A stretch of 64,000 nucleotides of DNA. It comes from Klebsormidium nitens. Taxonomy: Eukaryota; Plantae; Klebsormidiophyceae. This document shows, piece by piece, positions 24,430-35,790 of this stretch. The position numbers were made by a program, and so were the translations under genes. The stretch's first letter is position 1. Each line of letters starts with the position of its first letter. The stretch is from contig DF237121.1 in NCBI GenBank assembly GCA_000708835.1, positions 1 through 64,000 of the forward strand, given 5' to 3'. Under the pieces are notes generated by a model, which worked only from the letters and a program-made list of their open reading frames with translations, was not told the DNA's origin and searched no databases.

Positions 24430-24810
24430 CAGGAAATACTCCGCAACAAACGTCAGCCCCGGGGTCGGCGCGAGTGACGTCAACCCCATGAGCGTCGAAG
24501 CCAGTCTTTTCAGCCCCGGGGCCAGCGCCTGTGACGTCAGCCCGAGGCCCAGAGCCAGTGTTCTCAGCGCCAGCGCCGAAGCCAGTGACATCAGTCCAGC
24601 GCCCGGGTCCAGCCAGCTGTGACTTCAGCCCCAGTAGCAGGGCTCCTGATGTCAGCCCCAGCGCCACCGCTACCGCCAGTGACGTCAGCCTCAGAGCCCA
24701 ACCCGACCCCCACACCGACGCTGACCCCGACCCCCCCACCGACTCCTACGACGCTTTTCACCACCATTTCCGACCTATCAGCAAGCTGGGATGAGGCTAC
24801 AATGCTAGTA
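24430..24810 (+). pseudogene. degraded Pro/Ala/Ser/Thr-rich repeat coding segment (arabinogalactan/extensin-linker-like)
   Basis: Degenerate repeats encode VTSAP(A/G)PxP and PTPTPT, with an in-frame TGA (~24489) and a frameshift near 24600-24620. The frame ends at a possible donor (ATG CTA|GTACGT). Confidence 0.45.
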
Positions 24811-27448
24811 CGTACAATCATCCATTCACAACCGTCAAGCAGTGACACGTCAAGCAGTGACACGGCAGCCTGTCCCGCACGTTCTAGTATCAGCTTGGAA
24901 CTTATAGGAATATTCGTCTCTTAGGCTTTTCGTAAGTGGCGTGCACGGAGCTAGCAAAGTGCGTCAATCAAGAAAGAGAGAACGAGGCCGGAAACCGCTG
25001 GAAACTCCGGAACGGTCCTCGTCTCCTTAATGCTCTGAATCTGTGTCAAAAGAGAGACGGACGTATCTCCTGCATATCCGTCTCGATGCGTCTGATCATC
25101 TACATCGTATTGGGCACCATGATGTCAGCCGTAACTTAATTCCTTGATTGTTTGAAGCAAAAATGGTGGTTCTTGCTTCGCGTTCAGAACTGCAGCAGGT
25201 CACCTACTTCGCGCTCCGCTGAAAGAAAGTTTTCCTGATTACGTCTCTGTTATGGAATCCATAAGCGGCGGCCTAGAAGGGGAGCCCGTTCGTAGCGACT
25301 TTCTCTAACGTTCATTCACTGAAAGATTCTGTTCGCTTTTCTTGGATGCAGCTCCGACTCTTGCGGCGCTGTTCGCCTCGTCCTCAGCGATGCGGGCAAT
25401 TCGGAAGGACTCTCCTGCTTTAAACCCCGGGGTGACCGACCAGATTAGCGTATTGCCGCAAACGATACACATCATCCGGGCATCACCGGCCCTTCTCGTT
25501 TCCTTCTGTTTTCTGTCTGTGGGCTGTGCTTCCGTTCGCTTAGTTCCCGCAACGCAGCTAACTAGAGAAACCATGCCGTCAGTAGCTGCTTAGGTGCCCT
25601 TCTGCTTTAGCAACGACTCCCTTTTTGAACGTACCGCAGAACCTGGAAGCCCGCTCCCGCTGCTTGACCCCTGCCCTTGACCGTCTTCACGTCCGTTTTC
25701 AAGAAATAAACTTCAACCCATCAAAGACAACCCCGAGCGGTACTTCTAAATACGCCCGCAGTCTGAGTGCGTTGGTCGATTCCTAGAGCTACATGTTTCG
25801 CCTAATCTGCCTGGTATCCACTTTCTGAACCCAGGTTACTGGGTTACGAAGACCACGACGGCGGGTGCCTGGTAGTTCCAAACAACTTCGATGCAATGAT
25901 TTGGGAATCTGTAAGGACAGAGTCATAAATCTTTACTACGGACAACCTTCAAGCGCTCTCTTCTTATTGAAGTACGGTCCGCCCCAGACGGAAGTACCGA
26001 AAGACCCGACCGTCTCCGACCCTTCTCCTATACCGGGTTTGTTTAACTACGACGTTAAAATCCTTGGCAGTGGCTCTAATTCGGAAAGTTCCCCAGGTTA
26101 CAGCTACTCCGCCCAGCCCAGATGGAGCGCTTCCGGGAGTCGAGCTTCGAGCACAGGGTGCTGGACTTCATCAGTTCAATGTACGCACGCTGTTCATGAG
26201 CGATCGCATGTGACTTTCTTTTGAGATTGGGCAGAACCCAGTAGAACCCAGCAGACTCACCCGAGCCTTCGCTTTAACTCGCTTCTCATATGCTGATGCG
26301 GACTGCCATCCGGCCTAGCGCTGAAAGTACCGTGTGCGATTTGGTTAGATCTCAAAGCGGGGAGCAAACGGGGTAACCTGGGGGCCGGCCCACTTTGTTC
26401 GTCTTGCAGGATTCGCATTCGAGACAGAAATAGAAGATAGTCAGAACCGTCACTGAGGCCCTCACTGAGGCCCTAGTCTCGTTTGTCGCTCTGAACGTCG
26501 GGCTTGGGACACCTTGGTCTACTCGCAAAACACAGTCTCTGCGATGTTTTCCAAACAGCTTCTTCAGCTTTGCACTTAAGATTGCCTGCATCTTGTTGAC
26601 GGCAGTGGCTTCGTGATATTGGCCTTCAAACAACAACCACGGTTCTGCACAGTAGCTTTCCTAAAGAACGAAGAAGAGTTCGTCAATTCAACATTTGCAT
26701 GTCGAGTCTAGTTTCCTACTTGGCCGCCTGACCAGAGTTTGCTCTTGGCAATCACACTTGATCAGCCGTACGCGAAAGTGCATCCTTCCTGGAGTATGGC
26801 CCAAGTTGTGCAATCCGCCAACTTTTGCGATCCGCTCAAGATCTGCAAAGCCCCTAAGACTGGCAATCTGCTTGGGTCGGACGGAGCTTGAGCGGCCGGA
26901 GTACGTAAAAGTTGTTGCATTCATCCAAAGGTCCCCTCTTCAAAACACGATTCGCCATAGTAAGCCGCACACTGACCCGTTGAATTAGCAGCCATGAGAT
27001 TCCTCTCCGCGCGCGCAGGCAGTGGCACCGCAACCAGGACACTGAACCAGCCCTGGTCGCTGATGACGTGTGCATCATCCGTGAAGTGGCAGATGGCCCC
27101 AACAAGGCCGTCGGATCGTGGCCCTTTCAAATCAACGGCTTCTCTTCTATCAACGCGCCAGCCTCCCGGCTCTTGCCAACTCAAGTTGAAGCCAATTTGC
27201 GCGCAGCGCTTAGAGACGCTATGGCGCGTTCCGTTTGCATCTTTTGACAACGATCTGGAGAGGCTTTATATCAATGCTCGGGTCAGTCGCTTAGTACCCG
27301 CGATATCTCAAAGGCGTTGGAGATGATCACACAATTTATAGTTGTGGGCCGTGCCTAGTAGCACCAGAACGTTCTGATAAGAATGATGTCTACTAAAGAG
27401 CCAAATCTGTCCAGCCAACTTGATTAGTGCATTCGAAGAGCCTGTCCC

Positions 27449-28132
27449 TTGAAAAGTCGACAGGGATCACGCGTCACTAGGTCGACGTCGGTGAGGTGGC
27501 CTGGATGTTTGCGGACTCCGCCGTTCAAAGGGAGTCCGTTTTCACGTAACAAGAGTATGTGCAGAAATACCACCGAGATGCAAATCTCTCAGGGGAGCCC
27601 GGGGCCTACTGTTGCAAGTTTCAAAGTCGGTTGGCATCCAGCTTTGCAAGGTTACCAACTTCCAGTGACTACTACTAGTCGCCCGACGCTCTATCATGTG
27701 AAACCATTTGTCAATGTCTTCTATATCAGCTAGCCACGAATTATAGATGCCAGTGAATTCGAAAGTGTGTGCACTTGGCTCACCGCTCATTATGCCTTTT
27801 ACTTCAAGGACTCGGAACCTGACTTAGTGACCCAGCATTTACTTTTGCCCTCGGCCTGTGGTTCGATGAACGCGCATGCCCGTCCTATAGGCGGAATTGA
27901 CAGACTGATTGTCACATTCTATATATATGCCCTAGTCCGTGAACCCGTATCAATGATTATCTTCAATGTAGGTATCTCTTTTCTTCTGAGCCTGGCGATC
28001 TCAGCATGTCAGCCTCATATGCAAACTGTGATGATGCCCATTCACTTGGGTCACGCGTTCGAGCATTCAAATGATTCGACAAGAATTCTTTGTGTCCAGA
28101 AACTTCCTGGCGCTGACAACCCGATTCAGTGA
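27449..28132 (+). pseudogene. reading frame of unknown family interrupted by one TAG
   Basis: ORF-track entries 27449-27733 and 27767-28132 are in the same frame and separated only by TAG at 27731-27733 (..HVKPFVNVFYIS*PRIIDASEFESVCTWLTAHYAFYFKD..). The product is not recognised. Confidence 0.3.
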
Positions 28133-29073
28133 CATGGCGCGTGAATTGGCACAGACTAGAGACTAGGGTAGGCGAGAACAAATGAGGGCAGCTGCGATTT
28201 CTCGGTGACTGATCACTGGTTGACCGGTCACTCGGATCAAAAATTCATCCACACCGTGTGCACACGTATATATGATGCCATGTTTCAAATCGTAGAACAA
28301 CTGTTCACTGACCTGCAATCTCTGGTTAAACTTGTCAACAAATGCGAACGGCGCAAGCGAGTCAAGTCTTGACGAGTTGTGTCGGAGCTGGGCCATGCAT
28401 CCCCGCACAGGGAGTGGGCTTGGCTGATGCTCTGCCTCTTGATTGTTGACATTGTCACTACAAGTTTGGACATTGATGATTTGATCGATGGGTTTGACTG
28501 TGGAACCTCTCAAAGTACACAGGGTACACTCGAAGGCTGCGCAATGATCACTGGCATTCCGCCAATCACAGTGCGAGGTTTTATTACGGTACTAGCTGCT
28601 CGCTCTGAAGTAATATTAGTTATTGTTTACGGCACCTCGGCAAACTAGGTAGTAACCTGACGGGAACCTGACAAATGCTCTCAGTCTTTGATCTCTTGAT
28701 CCGACCCGCCCGGGTCGCCCGGGCCCGCCCCGGACCGTCGTCAGCGCCATGCCGGCGCGGCGGCTCCTTGTCAGTATAAATCATTGAATAATCGTGACGC
28801 GCGGCATCTGGATTCCAGGTATCCGAACTTCGGAGTCCGGACCCCCGTTTGCGAAGATACCTAGATAGTACCGGTAGATATCTTCGGGATACCTTCTCCC
28901 TCTCTTGTCTTGGTTAGGTACTAGATTAGATAAAGAACCGATTGGGTGTAATAACTTCGATGCCGATTCGCTAAATGAGATGATGGAATCCTCTCTGAAA
29001 CGTTCAAACCATTATATCTCCTCTGAAATTATGAAATGTTGATTGGTTTGTTTCCTGTCCTAGCTCCTGTCTA

Positions 29074-29338
29074 CCGTACCGCCAAGGGAATTCGCCACCT
29101 TTTGGTGCGAAAAGTTAATTTCGTTCGTTTTGAGGTTTCACCTGACGCTTTGAGAATTTATTTTACATTTCGCACAAAGCATTTTTTTGCTTTTTTTGCC
29201 TTGCAAAACAGGACTTTTCACCATTTTGAGGTAATTCTTTAGTTTCGCCTTTTCGCAGTTAGGGTCTCATTCAATTTCTAACATTTCGCAGCGACCCCAA
29301 AATATTTATTTTCCAGGCGATTTCCCTTGGCGGTACGG
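29074..29338. mobile_element. Tc1/mariner (Stowaway/pogo-like) MITE
   Basis: 23-bp TIR CCGTACCGCCAAGGGAATTCGCC vs reverse complement of 29316-29338 (22/23 identical). TA on both sides (29072-29073, 29339-29340). T-rich interior. Confidence 0.85.
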
Positions 29339-29415
29339 TAATCTGCGCGGCACTGCGAACTTCGAAGTCAGATCGGATCAGTCAGAGCTTCAATGATCAG
29401 CTAGCGGGGCCTGAG

Positions 29416-29635
29416 CAGGGTTTCCCACAGCCGGCAAGAGAACCTGGACCTGGCCCGGCCGAGACTAGACCCCGGCCGGTGCCGAAGGCACCCCGCCGGC
29501 TGGTTGGCCGGCAGAAAAGGCAGGCAATTGCTGGGCTCAGCCGGCCGGTAAAGCCAACTGCCGACTACCGAGCCGACAGAACCGGGGGGGTGTCGGCAGC
29601 CAGCCGGCCGGGACAAAAGTCCCTTGGAAACCCTG
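29416..29635. mobile_element. hAT-type MITE
   Basis: Perfect 10-bp TIR CAGGGTTTCC...GGAAACCCTG and a perfect 8-bp target-site duplication GGCCTGAG (29408-29415, 29636-29643). GC-rich CCGG-repetitive interior. Confidence 0.85.
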
Positions 29636-31086
29636 GGCCTGAGGCCCAGCCGAGCTGCCCGGACTCCGGCGATGATCCCGGAACGCCGCAGAGCGCTCGC
29701 TATTTTTGTCGTTTTCGACAGCGCCAAATGCAGCGGATGCGGGCGGGGCGACTCTCGAAGATTTTGCCCGCCGCACCCGATAACCGTTCAACCACAGATG
29801 ATAGATCATTAGATCCTTCTCCAACATAGGTACCGGTACCAGTAAGCGATTGCGCTGTCAGAGTTACGTTGTTCAGACGTCAGACTCACTGTTTACCGTA
29901 GTACGTGGATACCTACTGCGGTACGAATCATACTGCCGGGCACCGGCGCTCCCGTCTGTCTGATGCCAGCGCTTGCGGCAGCAATGAACCGGGCCATCGC
30001 TCTGCGCAGTACAACATAGGTACTGTAGAGTACCGTACACAGCAGTACCGCTGTGCAGTGTGCATTGTACGGTAGTTGCCTCAGGCCTTGTACGGTAAAA
30101 CCGTACGCTCTCTGTCAGGCGGCACATGCCCAGTCTGCGTTCGCCGTTGATGCGTTGTTCGCTCGCTCGCTCTTCATTCAGTGGCACGGCGGCACCGGCA
30201 CTGAATTAAATATGAGTGCGTGCGGTACTAAGGACGTAGATCTACCGGTATACCGTATACTATATAGGTAGGTACCTGTGCAGTGCGAGGGCCGTTGAAA
30301 GCAACCGTTCAAACCGATCGGCACGCAGCTTGCGCGGCGGCTCGCATTTGCTGCCCGGGCAGTCGATTGGGCCCGGCCCCGGGGGGCCGGAACTCAGGAA
30401 TTCGGTATCGATCAGCGTTCGAAACCTACTTTCGCAAATATGTCGGGACTCGGCTTCCCAGGCCGCCGACTATGTCCCGGTCAATCGGTTGGAGCTTTGG
30501 AAACTGAATCGGTCGGCAAACGCCACCTATTATGTACCGTACGGTACCTCATGTCCGGTAGATTAAATGCCCCTCGGACCGGACGGTATTTTGGTCGGCC
30601 TGGAGGTCCCTGGGCTCTGCTGGTGTGACGGCTCATGTCGAAAACTCGGCCCCGTGTGTGACCGGTTGTGTGACCGGCTCGGTACCTGGTTGGACCGGTT
30701 GGATTCGGCCGGCCAAGGTTGGCAAGATTGCAGCAAATGCCGTGGCTTTGATGTACGTAGATACTGCCGACGGCCGTACCATGGTACACCGCCTTACAGT
30801 GTACCGGAGTACAAAGATGTACCGGCCATTCTAAGTTCTCAGAACTTTCGACTCTTGACTCCTGAGTCCTGACTCCTGTCCGCGGTGATACCGCTGAGTA
30901 CGGTCCCTGGTAGTACAGGTAGTTCGTACCTACACCGTAGGATAGGGTAAAAAAACACCGTATACGTAATGCGGATTCAAACTTCTCAAAAGGCGAAGAG
31001 GTGGAACGCATGAACGTTGGAACTCCCATAAACAGCTGATTCTTGTTTACACGCCTAGCTCACTCAGCTCCTTCCTCTCTCGCGCA

Positions 31087-33471
31087 ATGGCGGCGAGCCA
31101 GCTCCTCGCCTCCGCCCTTCTGGCCCTCTGCTTCGCATGCGGCGTTGTGGCTGCCCGAGACAGCATCTTCGTCGAGTCACAGGAAACCAGGACCGTCCCG
31201 GTGGCTGCATACAATGAGGCACTGCACGAGTTTGAGTTCTACAATGAGACGGTGGAGGCGCCCCGCAGGAAGGCTCTGGGGCTTGGTCAAAGCGCTGGCG
31301 TCACGGTGACCTTCTACAATTCACCTGGCATGGATTGCACAACTGGTGAGCTTTCTGATCTAATCAATGTGTAGCTCAATCTGTGCACATTCTGATCTGA
31401 TTGGAATGCCATGCCCTGCCCTGAGTCTTGTAACAGATAGGTTGTGCTTTGAGCGCGGATCAGGCTTTGGAATCATTGGGCCTGATCATCTAGGTATTCT
31501 TATGCCCCCAGATATAGTGGAACGAATGTAGTCAGACAATAGCTGCTGTGGAGCTTGACAGATTTGCCCAGCTGAGACTCATTCGCTTTCAAGATGCTCT
31601 GTGGTCTCAAATCAAGCTTCAAACAGATTGCAGATTACGCATCCGCATATGTTATATGCTGCCTGTGGATCACTTGAGTCAGATCTCAGCATCAGGCAGG
31701 TGGAGCGTTGCTGCCCCTGACTACGATGTAATGTCTGCTGCCCGCCTCAGCCTACTCAAATTCGAGGAAGTCAGATTCAAGGAATGGTTCTGCAAGTTTT
31801 ACAATGTGCCTTCATTAATACTTGTGACAGACCCACGTCTCTTCTGCCTCCTCAGGAAATGGGCAATGCGGGTACGGCAATGACGTTGGGGGCAACGCCT
31901 ACGGAGGTGGCGGCCCTTTTGTGGAGACCTCTCTGTGTAAGGCTGCCTGGATTGCCGAGATAGATCATCTCTTCATCTGCCTCTTTCTAGCTGCTCTCGT
32001 GTTCCGAGTGAGAGTGTCACGTGTTATTCAATGGTTGCAAGAAACTTCTCACTCTGCCTGCAATGTTTATCAGCTGTGTATAGTCTTGCTTTTAGTCTCT
32101 CCGCTGTTTGCAAGATTTCCATTGAAGGATCTGGAGTCAGCAAGCTTCGAGGATGTGGCCCTCTTCTGTGGTGCAACTTGAAGGACTGAAGTGAATGCTA
32201 TATCTTTGATTGTTCTTTCTCTGACTTGCTACTTTTCAGCTCAGACCTACTCAGAAGCTAGCACGAAACACACTGGCAGCAGAAACTGACTGGATGTATC
32301 AACCAATTAATGTCTGCAAATCCCAAGAATACACAGTCAGCTGCGAGATCACAGAACAGCTTCTTATGAATAATTTTGAGCTTCTTATGAGCTTCTTATT
32401 CAATCAATGTCTTTAATTGCAAGAATAAACAGTCAGCTGCGAGATCCAATTGAGCTTCTTATGAGCTTCTTATTCAATCAATGTCTGCAATGCGAGAATA
32501 AACAGTCAGCTGCAAGGTCCCGAAACAGCTTCTTCTGAATCGAAGACAAGTTCGAGCTTCTTACACTACCAATGTCTGCAGATCCGTACCACGCCGCGTC
32601 TGGCAACTACGACTACCTCGGCGGATGCGGCGCGTGCGGCGTGCTCAGCTACAACGGCAAGAGCCGGGGCTTTGTCATCACTGACATCACTGATGACGAC
32701 TCCCAGCAGGGCAGGCCGCACCACATCGACCTGTGCCTGCCGTCGTTCAACTACTTCACCAACAACCAAGCTGGGGACGGCAGTCACGGCGGTATCTTCT
32801 CTGGCACGTGGACCAGAGTGGACTGCTCGTGCATGGGGGCACCGGGTAAGACCCCGCAACCTAGCTACCCTCTCTAGAGCAGTCTCTTTCCTTCAGAGTT
32901 GCAGGGCAAATGTTCTTTTCCCTCAGGGATGCGCCAATCACAGCTTGGCCCGTTGTGTTTGTCGACCGTCCTGCACCTGCATTGTCTGTTTGGTCTGAGC
33001 TGCCGCATGGTCAATCTCATTATTTGTTACATCTGAGCCGCTGGCATTGCGAGACTGACCCTTCAAGAGCATTCCTTCTCGAATCAGTCACCTCCTTAGT
33101 TGCCTTGCTTACCGCCCCCCCCTTCCCGTGCTCTTGCAGATTACCCCGACAATGCAGTCGTCGTCCGCACGCAGGCATACAACCAGTGGGCGAAGGCTGT
33201 CGTCGTCTCCCGTGTGGGGGGCGTCGGGGAGATCTCCAGCGTCAATTTCAGGACCCGCAATGGCGGCTTCACATCTGGCGCGAAAGTGAACGGGTGGGGC
33301 ACGTGGTGGATGCCTACCGGAAATCTCGGCGGCCAGGGCGGGGTGGACCTGCTTATCACTCTGAAGGACGGAAATTCGCTGTCGACGACCGGCTACCCCC
33401 TCCCTGACTCTGACATCTGGCAAACGGGCCAAGTCTACAACGTCTACCAAAACGTCCAAGCTTGGTGCTAA
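31087..33471 (+). CDS. secreted expansin-like protein (DPBB + CBM63-type domains), 311 aa
   Basis: Four exons in phase: 31087-31345, 31856-31936, 32582-32845, 33140-33471. Hydrophobic signal peptide; motifs GQCGYG, GGCGACG, HIDL (HFD-like), TRVDC, GWGTWW and W.TGQVY. Confidence 0.8.
32295..32581 (+). repeat. tandem ~90-bp repeats terminating at the exon-3 acceptor (expansin intron 2)
   Basis: CAATGTCTGCA(A/G) and ACAGTCAGCTGC...GAGCTTCTTA recur 3-4 times. Only the last copy has CAG and is the acceptor. Confidence 0.8.
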
Positions 33472-33474
33472 CCT

Positions 33475-33508
33475 GGGTTTTAGGGTTTAGAGTGTTAGGG
33501 TTTTAGGG
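33475..33508 (+). repeat. short interstitial telomere-like tract
   Basis: GGG TTTTAGGG TTTAGAG TGTTAGGG TTTTAGGG, starting 4 nt after the expansin stop codon. Confidence 0.6.
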
Positions 33509-35790
33509 AGCAGCCTCTGCAGTCGTGGGGGTTCTCTAACTGTTGCCTTTTATCTGGGGACCTTAGGCTTCTTCGAAACTAAGGGTATTTATAGGTTCCA
33601 ATCTGGTGTTGCTTCTGACGGGAGGTGATTGAACTGCAGCCGCAAGTTACCTGCGGAGCAGCCAGGTATATTCGAGTGTGACAGAAGGTAGTCTTATACT
33701 TCAATCCTCTAGACTCTGCAGCTGCGGAGCTGATTGTGATTGACGAGGGTACTGGTAACTGCACGGTTCAAAGGTCGGACCAAGCGGTCTCGTCCTCTAA
33801 TATTGATAACTTGTAGATTTGAATCTAGATTATTCTCGACATAGGAAACTGCTTCCCTCTCTGCAGCTGCGGGGTTTGGGACTAAGTTAAGGGATAGTTA
33901 CTGCACGGTCAAGGAGGTGTGCCAGTCGGTTGCGCCGTCCGTCAATTGACAGCTTGCACAGATGTCTGTAGCAATTTATCAGAACAGTAGCTAGAGCTCT
34001 CACATTGCTTGCAGCTCAGGTGAATTGTTGGATACAACCAGCTAGCATCGAGAGACAGATGTCTTTCAAATAGCTCTTGAAACATTTCTGGACATTAGAC
34101 ATTGGCGATATTATTGATTCTAGGCTTCTAGGAAGATTTGATTCAAATTAGTGTTGAAAGACAGAAGTCTTTCAAAGAAGTCTTTCAAGTACCTTTTGGT
34201 TTATTGCTCGATCGAGCCTATGGACAAACGAGCTTGATCGAATTGTTGGAACAGCCTCCTCACATTTGATATTTGAAAGCTTTACTCTACAAGTCTGCCC
34301 CAATTCACCATTTGCATGTCCGTCGACACGTGAAACGGAGCTGGCCCGCATCATTGTGTCATAGCCATTCTCGATAAAGGAACCCGTGGAAGATGATCGT
34401 AATGATTTCGATACGAAATTATACGTACATAAGCTCAAGATACTTGCAATGATTCCTGTGCGCCGTTGATTATTCACGACGAGCAGGCTTGATAAAGAAG
34501 CTTTGCAATATTGAATTCCATATTAGCTAAGGTAAACTTGAAAATGTACTGTACTAGCATTACCATGGCAGGCTGCCAGGCTGGGGTGTCGATCCGGCTT
34601 GCACTGACGATCCACTCGACTCGAGTCACTGATGATCATCGCGCAAAGTGAATTTGACCTACAAACTTCGACGTACGTTCATGCAGTAGTCAAGCCTGTG
34701 TCGCGATGTGACGCAGAGCTTGGAATGCTTAGTAAATCTGTACCGCAAGCGTAAAGTATATATACGGGTACATGCGAAACAGAATTGTTATATGCACATA
34801 TGATTATGCATTATGCATATTGTACTTGCATTTGGCTTGAAGTGTTGCGCATGACTGGATCATATGGCATCGAATTGATATTAGCTATACATCGCAAGTC
34901 ATTGTCCAGATCTAGCTAGCGGTTCAATTGGTGGGCTTCGCTCAGGCTGAACTTCATTTAGAAACCTGACGACATGGGGAGCTGCTCCGAGCTGCATTAT
35001 ACGCTGGTAATTTACTATAGTACGATTTAGACTCAGTGCCATGCACAATGACTTTCCAGGGCCTGAGTCAGTGACCGGAGATCGTGATGGAAGATCTGCA
35101 ACTCGATCAAAGCGATCCCGTGCCGTCGGATAGAAGCTAGGAGCACTTTCCAACGATTGCTAACCGTCGCGCACACACGTGTTACTGTAGGTGCCAAGGT
35201 GGACTTCGGATCGGGCTCACGTTGTCGAAGCATATGCAAAGAAAGTACAACCTTCATAAGACGGTAAGCGGCTCCTTCAAACAATCATGCATGCCAATGG
35301 TCCGCCGACCAAAACGGACAAATGATACTGGGTTCTGGTGCTTCAATCTGATCGCGCAGAGCAATTAAAGTGGGCGTAGGCCATGCATGGACACCCCAAG
35401 GCCATCTACGGTGGTGGGGCCCTAAATTGGTCGAAGTTGCAATCTGGTCCGTTAAAAAAAGACTCAGATGCACGGAGTGTGCATTTCCGGACCTTTGAAA
35501 TCGGACGCCCACTTTAAGGTTACCAAGATGATTGGGATGGTCCGCATTGAAATTTTCATCCTTTCACCGTGATCCTCGAGGTGAGCTTGCCAAACATGCG
35601 GGAAATACCCAACTAAGCTCTCAATCCTGTCCTGGTTACTAAGTTCTTCTTCTACTTGGAATTTAGCTCACCTTGATCAGCTCTCGAATTCAAACGCCTT
35701 CGAATAACGTCCGCTTTGATGTTGCTTTCTGCGCACCAGTATCAAACTCCTGGTCGTGGACAAACCCCAAGCTCTTTCCCTCTACACACG

